The notes beneath the pieces are model-generated. The model saw only the letters and a program-made list of their open reading frames with translations. It was not told the origin of the DNA and did not search any database. The position numbers were made by a program, and so were the translations under genes. 64,000 nucleotides of DNA. Source: Podarcis gaigeae (taxonomy: Eukaryota). Below are positions 11,301 through 26,200 of the stretch, piece after piece. The stretch is taken from NCBI GenBank assembly GCA_964106915.2, contig OZ066916.1, one strand, 5' to 3'. Numbering within the stretch: the stretch's first letter is position 1; every line of letters starts with the position of its first letter.

Positions 11301-14300
11301 ACTGCACAACCACAAGGGTTGACAAGGGTAAGATGACAATCTAACCATGTTAACAATTATTTGTTTTGGAAAGGTGGCAAACAAATGGGCGGGTTTAAAA
11401 TGTTGGACACAACGAACAGTGCTGAGCTGATGAATCAGGATCAACTGTTTGGGAACCTCATGGAATATATGCTTCTAGTTTTGTCTTGCGCTTCTACTAA
11501 ATAAAAAATAAAAAAATTATTAAGTCTATATCAGCATTAAATGTCATTGTCACCTTTACTTTATAATGTTCTATTGCTATTGCTGCAGACAACTAACTAT
11601 AACACATGCAAATATCAAGCTTACGTTATCCAGTCCATCCAACATTTCTTCCTCACCACTCTGAAGTTTGGTTATAAGAGCTCCATTTCGTAGGCCCATG
11701 GACTGAAGGCGAGCTATTACTGTCTAAACAAAAAAAAAAACTTTTTGCATAAATGGTCCTTTATACATTTAACTGATATCACATATGTACTTGTCAAAAT
11801 ACAAGATCAACAAGCATTTGGCAATTTACTCGGGTACCCCTCAAAAGTAATCAACAATATTTTTAAACAATGGAAAGAAAAATTCTAAATGGGGTCAGAG
11901 AGGAATGGATTCACTGACACTTTCAATGTCCTGTAGGCTTCTGCTGACTAGGGCACAAGTAGGTGAGGGGCAGTTTCCTCCTGCTTTTTCACTGTAGCAA
12001 CTCCAGGCTGGCACAGCTGAGGAACTTGAGGATTAGGCCCTGCAGAAGAGCTACAAGCTCTTGCCCCAGAAATGCCCTATTTCAGGCTTTCCTGCTACCA
12101 TTAGCAATAGTTTTGTGTCTGTTTGAGCACAGCTGAGGCCTCTGCTGCAACACAGGATTGCATTATTTTATCTCCACCAATAAAAGATACCAGCTGCAAT
12201 GCAGAGTCCTACAAATGAAAGGCTTTCCATTTTTGAAAGGACAAAATCTGCAAATGTGAGGGTTTCAACTGTTTCCTTCAGATAAAGAGTTCACATACTG
12301 AAGCTCTGTAAAAGTCCTGTTGTCTTGAAGTAGTACTGGAATCGGGGACAGCTCCTTCCACTGAAGGAGGCTATGCCTCTAAAGCGGATAAACCTCTACC
12401 ACTGAAGGAGAACAACATTCTCCATTTGATTGTGCAGGAAAGTTCATGTGTGAGAAAGGTATGTACAGACATCACAACATTCATGAGATTCTGGATCAGA
12501 GCATGTCTCTGTATTGCATATTTATTAAGAGTTCAATCTAATAAAATCCATGTCCCTGCAGATATAACAAAAACCTTTCTGAGTATCGTATTCCAAGCAT
12601 ACTAAATGAGTCTGTTTCTTGTGAAAAGAGCACAAGGCACTGGTGAAATATTTCATGATAGCTAGAATTGAGGCTAGTAAGCATGGAAATATTTTTGAGC
12701 TCCTGCCTGGCAAAAAAATTTGCTACAGTGTTTTTTTTGTGCACAGTATATTTATCTCTGTATGTGGGAAGAGACTGATGATCATCCTGATGTAGAAAAC
12801 TATTGAACCAATATTTTTGGATGTAACTAATTATTGAACTAATGACTGTCCTAAACTATATAGGCTCAATGAACTTGTAAATGAGGCCATAAGTGTATTA
12901 TACAACTGTCCCAATACTGTGATAAATTTTATTAGACATACTAAAATAGAGGAAGCAGGTATCAGTTTAAACAACAACAAAAAAGCTGCAAATAATAATC
13001 TGATAATAATCAATTAATTATGCTTCTTTTGAGAGGAATATATAACAATTGCTATGTACATACTGCAATGAGTTCTTCGGCAGGTTTATTTCCATCTAGT
13101 TCAAACAGGTACTGGGAATCCTGCTCAGCCATTAATGTCTAAAAGTGAATAAAAAAACAACAACCAGAAACAAACATGCTTTATGCATACAGCTGACTGA
13201 AAAGACTACACTGCTATCCAATTCTGTTCCCTTCCAATCTGATTTCAATTACTTATTTGAGAACAGTTTATAAAACTGTTTTTTGACATTCACTTCTGTA
13301 CAACACTTTATGAATAGTAAATGTCTAAAATAGTAGATGTACTAATTCAGGGTATTATATTCATGGTATTATGTTAGTGCACATACATGGAACTGCCTTC
13401 ATACAAAAGACTCACGAGTTCAATTGCACTTGTAACTATGTTGTGGCATGTAGCAAGACATAAAGAAGAGATGTAGTGCTGGAAGAATGGCAATGCTAAC
13501 TATCCTATCCACTTTGCCAATACTGGGAACAGACCTTGATCTAAAATGAGACTGGTTCTTAATCTTAACTCAAAACTACAATACCAGTCAATGCAGCAGA
13601 TCATAAAATAAGCAACTGATATTCTTTATCACCAAATGTAGATATCATAGAATTGTTGAGTTCAAAGGGACCACAAGGGTCATCTAGTCCAGTGTTTCCC
13701 AACCTTGTGCCTCCAGCTGTTTTTGGACTACAATTCCCATCATCCCTTGCCACTGGTCTTGCTAGTCAGGGATGATGGGAGTTGTAGTTCAAAAACAGCT
13801 GGAGGCACAAGGTTGGGAAACACTGCAGGAATCCTTTTGCCAAACATGGGGCTCAAACCCATCACCTTGAGATTAAGAGTCTCATGCTCTACCAACAGAG
13901 CTATCCCAGTCTTAGTGGCATGACTAACAGTTTTCCAACATGCATACCCAATTCCCATACTTCCAATACAGAGACACCACCCATCCCCCTGTAAACAAAA
14001 AAGCTAGGTAGGAAAAGAATGTATTACCCTACAATTTATGTTTTAGAGTTCTGGGCCCAATTCAGCCACCTAGTTCTGTGCTCTTACAGCTATGATGAGT
14101 AACTACAACATGAATGGTTTATAGGAGCAGTGGGTATTTTTGTTATCATCAGTATAATTTATGAACACAGTTCTTACAGGGCACATGTGGTGATTAGCAA
14201 TATCAAACCAATTTTGAAGAAATGACAATCAGGTACTTAAAAACAACAACTAACTTACGTCTAGAAGTTGTAGCACAGATCTCTTCTTGTTCTTACCTCT

Positions 14301-17300
14301 AAAGGACGTAGCATAATGTCCTTATAGATTGCAACTCTCTCTTGTATGTTTTCTAAAAAATCTTCTGGTCTGTGCACTAAATGTGGCAAAATTTCTGTCA
14401 GCATGATCTGATCAGCTATTGCCTAAGAGTACAAGAACAAAAAACATACTTTGCTTCATTATAATTAAAAATAGAATATACTAAGCTTGCTTCTAGTTCC
14501 TACTCAAGTATTTTACAGAATGAAAAATCTAAACAGTAGCAAAAAGGCGTTTTCAATTCTATGAATGAGAGCTCTGTGTGAGCACCCTCTATATTGTGTG
14601 ATAAAGCCTGGGTGTGCCTTGGGGTCACTAGACTGTGGCCTTGATGGATTGAAGGTAGTAGACTGAATCCAATTAAGTCAGGGATGGGAACATCAGTCAT
14701 AGGGACCAAATGCCTCTCTACCTAGCCCTCTAGACTCTCCCCTGGTCACACCCACTCTCCCCAGAACACAATCCTCACTGGCCCAGCTTTGCAACCTCCT
14801 TGGGTGTTTCTACCTCGTTGGAATGCATCCCTGAACTCTGATGATATTTCTAGCTTGCCTAGAGAGCATTGTGCAAGTGCGGGTAGAATCTAGCCTATCG
14901 GTAAAGGTAAAATTCACATTTGTTGCTTCACCCACTTTTGCCCCTGACCACACCCACCACTGGCATGTCCCACACTCCACCCCACCGGTTACCCACCCAG
15001 AGGAGGATGCATTCCTTTGGCTGAAAACAATTCACTGTTCCTGAAGTAATGCTAAGAGTAGACCCACTGAAATAAAAAGATGTTGACCAACTTAAGTCTG
15101 TTGATTTCAGTGGGTCACTATAGGCTGCAGCTGGTTACAACATTCCAAATGAGGAATGTTTCTTATGAATGCGGACAAATCAGACTGGAATTTAAACAGT
15201 GTCTGCAATGATCAAAGGTATGGTGTTTCTTCATCATTCAGTATACCTCAATATGATCCTCTAGTCAATCCTACATTCTTGTATACCAAATTCTGGAACT
15301 CATTTACAGTGGTACCTCAGGTTAAGTACTTAATTTGTTCTGGAGGTCCATTCTTAACTGTTCTTAACCTGAAGCACCACTTTAGCTAATGGGGCCTCCT
15401 GCTGCCGCTGTGCCGCCAGAGCACAATTTCTGTTCTCATCCTGAAGCAAAGTTCTTAACCCGAGGTACTATTTCTGGGTTAGCGGAGTCTGTAACCTGAA
15501 GCGTATGTAACCCAAGGTACCACTGTACCATTCTTTCATCATACAGTTTTCCTTCATTCCTCAAGTGAACTATACAGTGGTACCTCAGGTTACAGACGCT
15601 TCAGGTTACAGACGTTTCAGGTTACAGACTCCGCTAACCCAGAAATAGTATCTCGGGTCAAGAACTTTGCTTCAGGATGAGAACAGAAATCGCGTAGCAG
15701 CAGCGTGGCAACAGCGGGAGGCCCCATTAGCTAAAGTGGTGCTTCAGGTTAAGAACTGTTTCAGGTTAAGAACGGACCTCCAGAATGAATTAAGTTCTTA
15801 ACCTGAGATACCACTGTATAGTAGTTTGTCAGAAAGGTACAATTCCAAGCATGAATTGTAGTTCCCAGGTTTCTTTGGGAAAAGTCATGACTATTAAAGT
15901 GTACAATAATACTCTACAATTACAGGGCTCATTTTTTCATAGGAGATTGCCAAAGCCTGGCCTAATAAACAGTGTAACATATTTTATGTTAGAACTGATG
16001 TTTGGCGTGCAGGGGTAAGCGAATAATTCATTAATATGATGTCTTTCCTCCCCTTTCCAAATACATTTTTATAGCTACCTGTTTCAAGCCTTAAACATCA
16101 AGACAGGATAGACATTCAAGTAAGTTTACTCATTTACTGAGCACAGAGAAGAGTCTATTATATTGTATGTATTACTGTTAAGGGCATAAATTATTTTCAA
16201 TTCACTGAAGAGAATATTTGATATATGTGCAAGATAACTGTACTAGAAAATAAGTATTTTATTTGAATTCTATCTAGGAAGCAATTTTGTATTCAATTAC
16301 AAATAGAATTGAGTAAAATGTATTCAAGATTGTTTCTGAACAATTCCCAAGTCTTCCTTTACTTGCAGTATTCTTAACCTTACCTGTTTAGATAACCTGG
16401 TTAAGTTACCTCATTTGTCTCCTCTTCTTCTTCCTCTTCCTCTTCTTCCTCTTCTTCTTCGGCAGATTTGCGTGGCTCTTTCTTCTTTTTCTTACGCTTT
16501 TCAATAATATCAGGATCCCACTCTTCCCTTTGATATATTTGCCCTGTTTCAGGGTGCTGCCTTAGTCCACTGATTCTTTGGCACAAATCATAGTCAGGAC
16601 ACTAGTGAAAAACAGGGGGGATGGGATGTTGTTTACATAATAATATTGTTCATCTTTAAGATTAAACATAATACCATAGTGAGTTCGATCTCATTATCAG
16701 CTATGTTGGAGGCAAGCCACAACTGTATTTTGGCTTTGCAGAGCCTAACACCTGCCTGGGATCGCTCTCCTTGGTATGCTATAAAGAGGAACAGAACTTG
16801 GGAAAGACTGAGTAGCAGCATCTAGTTAAAAGGAAAAGACACTTATAAAATTAAGTGCTATATTGCCTTACCATGAGAGGCACAGCAGGAACTGGCAGAA
16901 CCCTTTCTGGGTGACAAACAAGTGGTGAGCCAGGAATGTAAACTCTTTACAGGAGCAGGAATTGAGGGAGGAGGGAAGGAAATCTGCACAGTATTCCCAG
17001 TGTGAGTTTTCTCATCATAAAACTCTCATTGAGGATACTGTGCAGAGTCCCAACCCCCAAATACTAGGCCTCAGTAAAACCTCTTTGAAGGAAAGATGAG
17101 GACTTGGAGTTTTGAGCACACTCATAAGTTGGCTGCTCTCATATGGGGGAGACTGCAGTACAATAATAATACTACAAGCTGTTGCATTATATCCCTCCTG
17201 AACAGCAAGCGCTGCAGAAAAATGTAAAAGGGCAATGCAGTGGTGGACAATTTCTTTAAATACGTGGCTATTTTGTTGAAAGCTTTGACTGGCGTTATTG

Positions 17301-18772
17301 CACCTAACCTCCTTCAGGTCTGGATCCTGAAACAAGAACTTTCATATCTGTCATGGAAATTGTATTTGATTGGTCCTCTTTCATCCGAGTAAAGCTAAAA
17401 GAGAGCTTCACAACTTTGTACATTTTTTTAAGGTTGTGCACTAGCCTTGCAACTAAAATTAAAGTGTACAAACATCTTCAGAATAATAAAAGGGAAATCA
17501 GAAGCTGTTTCCAGATAGCAGTAAAAAGGGATGATTTTGCATACATGCACATCACTAGTCCTATACAGGGTCTAGTCCAATTCAGTACTGTTTGGTTTAG
17601 TGTCACCAGGTAGTGGATCACTTTATTCAGCAAAATGTTCATCCAGCCCCTCTGCCCTAAGCTAAAGTGAATGTCAGCATAGCTGCTGCTGGGGGAACTT
17701 CAAATGACTAACCATGGGATCACCAACCTTTTTGGCACATTTGAAGTGTTGAGAAAGTGCCATGGGCACCAGAGAAAATGTTAACTTTGGGAGAAACCAG
17801 AACCTTTGAATGAAACAACTAGAAACCTGGTATTAAACTAATTTTTACGCAAAGTAGGTCCACTAAAATAACTGGACCTAACTTAGTCATGTTCACCAGG
17901 GCTTTTTTTTCTAGAAAAAGAGGTGCTGTAGCTTTTTTAGGGGGAGCACCCACCTAAAGTAGTTTAACTATTTTGGGTGGGGGGAGCACGCAGCCAAAGT
18001 TGTCACACAGCTCCAACTGATGTGCCACCATACTGCAATGCTACAGAGCTGCCAGAACGCACCAAAGGGGTGCCAGAATTCACCAAAGAGGTGCTGGAAC
18101 TCAATTCCGGTGAGTTCCGGCTAAAAAAATACCCTGATGCTCACTCATTTCAATGGGTCCACTGTGACTAAAAATTAGTTGAATTGTCTGAAATATTTTG
18201 CTCCACAGGTATAATCACATTTGCAGAGTAAGTAGTAGATTGACTAAGAAATAATTAAAACTGACATTACCTTAATATTAATCAGGAAATCTGGTTTTAA
18301 TTTTGCATTTCTAATTACATCAATTTGTTCTGGTATACTCATGTGTTCTTCAGAGAGAGAAGGAAAATCACAGAGAACATAACCTATGGGAAAAAACACA
18401 CAACCCCACCCAGAAAAAACACACTATTTAATGGGTTGTTGCTTAAAAGTCGAAAATATACAAATTTTACAACCACTCTTACAGAATAATAAGTGTGTAA
18501 CTGATGTTGTTTGACGAGGATGGGGGTCCTAGAAAAATCTTGTGTGTGAACATCAATGTTCTTTCATGCAGTTATCTTGCTTTATGTGACACTAAATTAT
18601 CCAAAAAAAGGCTGTGCTGGGGCTGAATATGAGCATACTGTGTGACTATGAAGGAGGTGGTGTACCTTTCTCCAGCACCAGATTTAGGACGGTGTGTTCC
18701 ACAAGCTTTGCTAACTCCATATTGGTTGCCAAGATAACCCAACAATTAATTGGTAGTTGTTGTAGCAATGAG

Positions 18773-18814
<42 letters not shown>

Positions 18815-20160
18815 CAAGTTTATATTCACCTGCTTTGATATAAGCTAATTGGCTTGCTCTGATGTTATCATTACCTGTGGGCTTGGGGGCTGGGCTCTGA
18901 GCCCAGAAAAGGGGGCTATCTGTAAAGATTGGGTATTTGTCACATATATGCTCATCTAGTCAGCTGAAATGATGTATGCTGCTTTGTGTATAAAAAATGT
19001 ACGCATGTTTGCTTGGGTGTGGACAAGTCATCTCCTGTCTCGTGTCAATAAAGGCTAGAGACCTGCCAGGCTGCTTTGCTACACCTTCTTAATAAAGCAC
19101 TAGAACTGGCCATTCTGGTGCATTTGGCATCCTTCTTTGGTATCCCTACACCCAGCCACTCCAACAAGCCTTCCTTTAGGCCTGCAGTTCAAAACAGGGG
19201 GCATGGGCGGTTCTCCCACACTGGGCGCTGAGCAATGGGGGTGCAAAATTGAGAAGGTCCATAACTGAGAAGGTCCATTTGGGGTCACTAAATTTTGGCC
19301 TTGCACAGGGCTCCATATTATCAAAGATTACGATATTACCAAAGATTACTCTCATGCAGGGAGACTAAGCACTGCAATTTATAGGGTTTCCAAGAGATGG
19401 AATCCTAGAGAAGAAGCCCATATTGCTTTATTTCAAATTGTTATACAATGGATTTTTATGTTGCCTTTAAAAAAAAATAAAAATTATGGGATGGTTTATA
19501 ATAATTATATGTTTATAGGTTGCACTGTTGCTAGCAAAGCATAATGTGCAAATGCATCCCCTTGTTACCTTATGTTCAGGGCTACCAAGTAACTAACATC
19601 GACCCTCCACCCCCATCATACACAATTCTGCCTTTAAAGAAGCATTTGGGGGAGAAAAAAAGTACCAAAGTGAAAAACCTCTGGAGATTCAATCTTCTTC
19701 ATAAGCATCTTGATAATCAAGTCTTCAGGTATAGCTTGACCTTGATAGAGCAATTCATTACACTAAAGAAAAATCAAAACAAAACATCATATTCTGCATA
19801 CATAAAGTGAAATACATAATTAACACACATTAATTACCACACATTACCTGAAGGAGCGTCTCCACCCCCATCGTTTAGCCCGGACACTGAGATCCAGCAC
19901 CGAGGGCCTTCTGGCAGTTCCCTCATTGTGAGAAGTGAGGCTACAGGGAACCAGACAGAGGGCCTTCTCGGTAGTGGCGCCTGTCCTGTGGAACGCCCTC
20001 CCATCAGATGTCAAAGAGATAAACAATTACCTGACATTCAGAAGACATCTTAATGCAGCCCTGTCCAGGGAAATTTTTAATATGTAACGCTGTACTGTTT
20101 TTAACACTTGATTGGGAGCCGCGCAGAGTGGCTGGGGAAACTCAGCCAGATGGGCGGGGT

Positions 20161-20208
<48 letters not shown>

Positions 20209-23200
20209 TAAAATAGGCAGCTACCTAATAACCATTCAGACTATTCACACATCTGGCCTGGCTTTTTTTTACTCTGAAACTAGCTCCACAAAATCTCCAG
20301 AATCATAGAATCAAAGAACTGTAGAGTTGGAAGGGACCCTGAGGGTCATCTAGTCCCACCCCTGCAGTGCAAGAATCCTGCCCACAGCCATCCCTGGGTG
20401 CGTTCAAACCACCAACCTTCTGGTTAACAGCCAGGGCATCTTTCACCACATCGTTTACTTCTTCTTTTTAACTGAAGTAACACTGAGATGAAATGGACCT
20501 TCACTAACATAGCCTTAAAAACAAAATATGCCCAATAAATCAATTAAAAAGTACAAGGTAACGGCTCTACCTTGATTCCATATTCTGTTTCTGCTGTTAT
20601 GTTCTCATCGATAAGCTCTGAAGCTAAAAATGATACATCATAGAGAAAGAGATTACAATTTATTAGAGTTGACTTCTGGATGCATATGCACATTTAACAC
20701 AACAGAGTTTTGATTACTTTAAATAGTAATTAAACAGCGACAATGTAGAATGATCATACAGATCATGATACACCCCGCTTCTTTAACTACCCCTCCACCG
20801 TGGGATGTAAATACAGCCCCTTTGCTGGATGTGCATTTCACAATACGGAGATGATGTCAACATGGGAAGATAGGTATACAGTGGTACCTCAGGTTAAGTA
20901 CTTAATTCGTTCCGGAGGTCCGTTCTTAACCTGAAACTGTTCTTAACCTGAAGCACCACTTTAGCTAATGGGGCCTCCTGCTGCTGCTGCTCCTCCGCCG
21001 GAGCCAGGTTTCTGTTCTCATCCTGAAGCAAAGCTCTTAACCTGAAGCACTATTTCTGGGTTAGTGGAGTCTGTAACCCGAAGCGTATGTAACCTGAAGC
21101 GTATGTAACCCGAGGTACCACTGTATGCTTAGATAGTTATCTGTGCCTCAATAGAGGGCCTTTTCTTTGGTGCCTGTAGGCTTTGCTAGCCCCTTATTTT
21201 CTCTCTTGTGAGAACATAGGTCTTTGGGAAACAGAATGAAGGACTATATAAGAGCCCTTATGGATCAGCCATAGCAACCAACCACTTGTGTATGAGAATC
21301 CCAAAAACAGGACATGAAGCAAGCAGCCTTTTCATTATGTTGTTTCTCAGCACCTGACATTCAGAGGCATAATGTCTTTGATTCTAGATATATAGCCATT
21401 GATAGCCTTATCTTTCATGAATCTATCTTCTCTCCTTCTAAAGCAACTTGATGAATCCCATAGTTTATCTATGTGTGAAAATTAAAAATAACCTGTACAG
21501 AAGACCTTTGGAGAGGGGAACAGTATAGGTATATTGAGCTGTTGTCTAAATCTTCAACCTTTGTAAGGTTTAGGATTTTTTATTTCTAATTTTAATTTGT
21601 ATTTTTGTCATGGCTTAGGAGAATTTTGGTATGTGTTTTTTAAAAGGTTTAAACTGTTGGCTGAATCAATTTTTTTAATGCAGATACCAATTATTATTTT
21701 AAAAAGAATAAAGAAAAAGCAAAGCAGACTGCATGAATTCACAGCTGCATAAATAGAAGGACAATAACTAATTTATCTTCATGCTGTAGATTTACTAGAA
21801 TCTAAACATAGCCACTTAATCCCCAATCTGATTAAGAGTTTTGTGATGTTTTCATTGGCCTAATAAAAGCATTGCCTTATTAGGGATTTTCAAAGTTAAA
21901 AGGCACCCTCTGCCAATGTTGGCTTCAGAAAACAGCATTTATATCAAGGAAACAGTAGCAGAAGACAGGGGAAAGCACTTTTTCTTCCCCTCCTGTTCTC
22001 TGATCTTCAAAGTAGCTATGCAAGCTGCCAATTAGTTTTAAAAAGGTGAAATATTCTGATTATAGATATCCTGCATCATGAAATGTGGTTTTATCCACCA
22101 GAGGGCTCCCATGTTTTTCTAAGTAATGAAATCCAAGAAGACCAAGATTTGTAATCGAACAGTTAATTACAAAGAACTAAGTTAAAATAAGTTACTCGCA
22201 GATTGAATGAAAACTTATAGTGTGGTTTAAAAGTTGAGAGATTCTAGTCTTGCAAATATATTTTATTCTTTGGAAATCACTGTAATTTTTCACCAAGGGT
22301 AGAATTTCAGAGAAGCACTTATTTCTGAAACAAACAGGTAAACCTCTGTTGCCTTCTCAGCTTTTTGCTCAGAATCCTGCTGATGCCAGATCAGTCCCAA
22401 GCAAGCAAGTGAGAATTCAATCACTGCCCTGCTGTGTTCATTCTTGCAAATTTAAGCAAAGTAACAGCTCCTGAGGAAATCAGATCACCTGGGGAACTAT
22501 GGTTTGTTTCTGAGGGGCAGAATGAACTTGCGGAAGAACTTAAAATTGAAAGAAGAAAAAGAACAGGTAGCTGAAGTGGCAATGAGGTTTTCAGTTTGAA
22601 CCTCAGAGAGAACCTGTATCCCCTTTAAATCACTTCACAGCCATAAAAGATGTTACTGTGGTAGCTATGCCTCCTGATTCAATTCAGCCACCAATCTTTC
22701 TCTGCCCACTGAAGGTAAAATGAGATTATCCTTGTTTCACCTAGCAAGAGGGGAAAGTTGTCCGACTAGATGAAGGGTGACGTGCTGAACGGGAGGGGGG
22801 GGGGGCAGAAGTTGGGGCTACAACATGCAGCTCTAGATTGTGACCTGCACTTTAGGTGAGGCTGAAAGGTTACTGTTTCCTATCTAAGCCTCCTAAAAAA
22901 AAGGGTTTTATCTTGTACGTATTATCTTTTTCAGTATTTCAAAGTTTCTCCTAGCATTTCCAGACCAATATCAGGTTCACCTTTTCAACTATGATCCTGA
23001 AACTTAATATCTAAAAAAAATTCTGAACCAGTCTGACTACCCCTTATTTGGCTTCTATATAACTGAAGGAAAACTGAAGTGCTATATAACTGAAGTAAAA
23101 TTGCCAGTGACCAAAATGTAAAAGGGGGGTTAAAAAGTGTACATTGCATACAATAAATGAAGGACACTCCTACAACTCTGAACAAACAAGACCATAAGAA

Positions 23201-26200
23201 TAAATTATCTTTGCTGAACCAGACTAAATACCCATTTAACACATTTTGTTTCCAACACTCTTATAAAAGCTGGCAAGCAGGGCATGAAGGCAGCATGTTT
23301 TTAAATTATTTTACTATTATTATTATTTTCCTTTTACTATTAAAGTTGTTAACATCTGAAAACAATGGGAAAGATGCATATCGCTTCATTAATCTGACTG
23401 ACACATGTAATTTCAGAAATCATTTTAAAAAAATACAAAAAGTGACATATTGTCTAACATAATGTTGCTTATATTTACCATCTATGAGTGTGCATTTCCA
23501 GATCTGGGCTAATTTTTTAGCTAATGTTTTCTTCCCAACACTCTGAAAAAGAAGATAAATAAACATAAGAAGTATTGTTTAAAACTAGAATAATCCCTGC
23601 AGTGCTTCAAATGTAACATAATATAATGAAAAGACTAAAAGGCTAATTTTTATTATAGACCTGTATTTATGGATTTGAAATGTGCAGGCCAGAAATCATA
23701 TTTGTCATCTCTGTATCTGATAGAATATATTCCATTGCTTCCATTTTTATACTAAATTTAAAACTGTACCTTCTGTTCTTTGCTGACTTTCACAGCAAAA
23801 ATATATTTAATATTTTAAACTTGTCATCCCTGGAAAACCAAAGTAACTGAAGTGATTATATTCTACCTCCTATGTGATACACATATTTACAAATAAGGTT
23901 CCATGCTGGGCTTGGATGGGGTAGAAAGTTAACTAAAGTAAATTTCTCCTACTACATAAAAATTGGTAGTGATATATAAACCCAGCTAGTTCTTGTACCT
24001 TACTGCTTAAATGTGTGCCTAAGGGATAGTTTTATGCATAAAAGCAAGAGCTACTCCATTCTGGAAAGTGTAGTCAGCATGTTGTTGTCACACATACAAT
24101 CTTCTGTTGAGGATTGAGCTCAGGGAAATAATTTGAAGTAGAAACACTGAAAACACTGATTGGCTAGGGACCTGTGCCATCATAATCCATCCTCTCTCAG
24201 GAACCGTTTTTCAAGTTATAAGCAAAGTACAGGTTTTTAAAATTTCAAAAAATCAAAACAAAATGAAACACAATATAATTGTTTACATGAATAGCTGCAG
24301 AAATAATGAACAGCTTGTATATTTCAACAAGTTTTAAATTTGGGCAAGATTTGAAGGGGGACAGCCCACCAAAAGAACGGGGAAGGGGCAAACTACCAGT
24401 CAGGAAATCAGTATTTGTTGCATGAGTGCCCATTGAACAGCATCTGTAACAAGAAGCCAGGCTCAGGGCTACAGGAGCTAAAATACATGGTGGCTCTGGT
24501 TTTTAATAAGCAATGGTTTCAGATGAGACTGTAATGCTCAACATCCTTACTTAGAACTAAAGATCAACCATGTATTACTTTAATGGAATCACCTCTAGGT
24601 AGTGGCTTCTGTGGTACATGGAATCACCTCTAGGTAGTGGCTTCTCCATATTGTCACCATAGTGTGCAACAGAGCACATCATGTCACCCTTCATAGACTC
24701 TTCGAGTTGGAAGGGACCCAAGGGTCATCTAGTCTAGCCACCTGCAATGCAGGAATCTCAGCTAAAGCATCCATGACAGATGGCTATCCAGCCTCTGCTT
24801 AAAAACCTTCAAGGAAGGAGACTCCACCACCTCTCATGGGAGTCTGTTCACTGCTGAATAGCTCTTACTGTTAGAAAGTTTTTCTGAATGTTTAGTCATA
24901 ATCTCCTTTCTTGTAACTTGAAGCAATTGCCTCAAATCCTACCCTCCAGAGCAGGAGAAAACAAGCATGCTCCCTCCTTCATGTGACAATCCTTAAGATA
25001 TTTGAAGATGGCTATTATATCTCCTCTCAGTCTCCTCTTTTCTAGGCTAAACATACCCAGCTCCTTCAAGAATTTCTCATAAGGGTTAGTTTCAAGACCC
25101 TTGATGATCTTGGTTGCCCTCCTCTGCACACGTTTCAGCTTGTCAACATACTTCTTAAGTTGTGGTGCCCAGAATTGGACACCGTGTTCCAGGTGTGGTC
25201 TGACCAAGGCAGAGTAGAGTGATACTATTACATCCCTTGAACTGGACACTATACTTCTGTTGATGAAGCCTAGAAAAGTGTCAGCTGTCACACTGTTGAC
25301 TCATGTTACGCAAGACCCCTAGATCCTTTTCACATGTACTGCTGGTAAACCAGGTGCCCCCATCCTATATTTGTGCATCTGGTTATTCCTGCCTAAGTGC
25401 AGAACCTTACATTTGTCCCTATTGAAATTCATTTTGTTAGCTTGTGCCCATTTCTCCAATCTGTTAATTCTGATTTTGTTTTCTGTGGCATTAGCAAATC
25501 TGATGAGAATCCCCTCAATTCCTTCATCCAAGTCCTTTATAAAGATGTTGAACAAGAATGGGCCCAGGACAGAACCCTGTGGCACCTCACTTGTCACTTT
25601 TTTCCAGGATGATAAAGAACCATTAATGAGTACTCTTCGGGTTTCGAAAGTCAACCAGCTACAAATCCACCTAATAGTTACCTCGTTCAGCGCACATTTT
25701 ACCAGCTTCCTCACAAGAATATCATAGGCGACTTTGTCAAAAGCCTTACTGAAATCAAGATACACTATGTCCACAGTAGTTTCCTGATCTACCAAGTTTG
25801 TAATTCCATCAAAAAAAGAAATCAGATTGGTCCAGCATGACTTATTTTTGAGAAACCCAAACTATTTCTGATGGCAAGTTAGGGCTACCACAGAAACACT
25901 GCAAAGAATACCAAAGCACAATAAGATATGTAATTTATGCTACATATTACAACAGTGGTGTGGGTAAGTCATCCTGCAGAGGCCATTTCCATTGTTACTG
26001 AGCAATATGGAGGAAAAGGCTTTGATGGACTCCATTCATCCCACTAAGTTCAATGGGGCTTAATTCCAGCAGTGACAGAGCTTCATACTCCGGCACTGGG
26101 GGGCAGAGAGCAGGCGGAGGCGGAGCTGACGTTCACCCTGGGGGCGTGGTACGCCGCCTGCAGGGGGGGGGGCAGCTGCGGGATTGCGCTGCCGGGAGCA

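Noticed and set aside
16381-16409. Alternative downstream donor (CAG/GTAAGG) for the AK9 poly-Glu exon
   Set aside because: The extension contains an in-frame TAA, so it cannot be the coding isoform.
18641-19100. Possible LTR-like segment around the (TA)n tract
   Set aside because: No convincing termini or TSD could be fixed by eye.
24583-24645. CRISPR-like repeat-spacer-repeat
   Set aside because: Only two repeats, a 7-bp spacer, eukaryotic intron and no cas genes.
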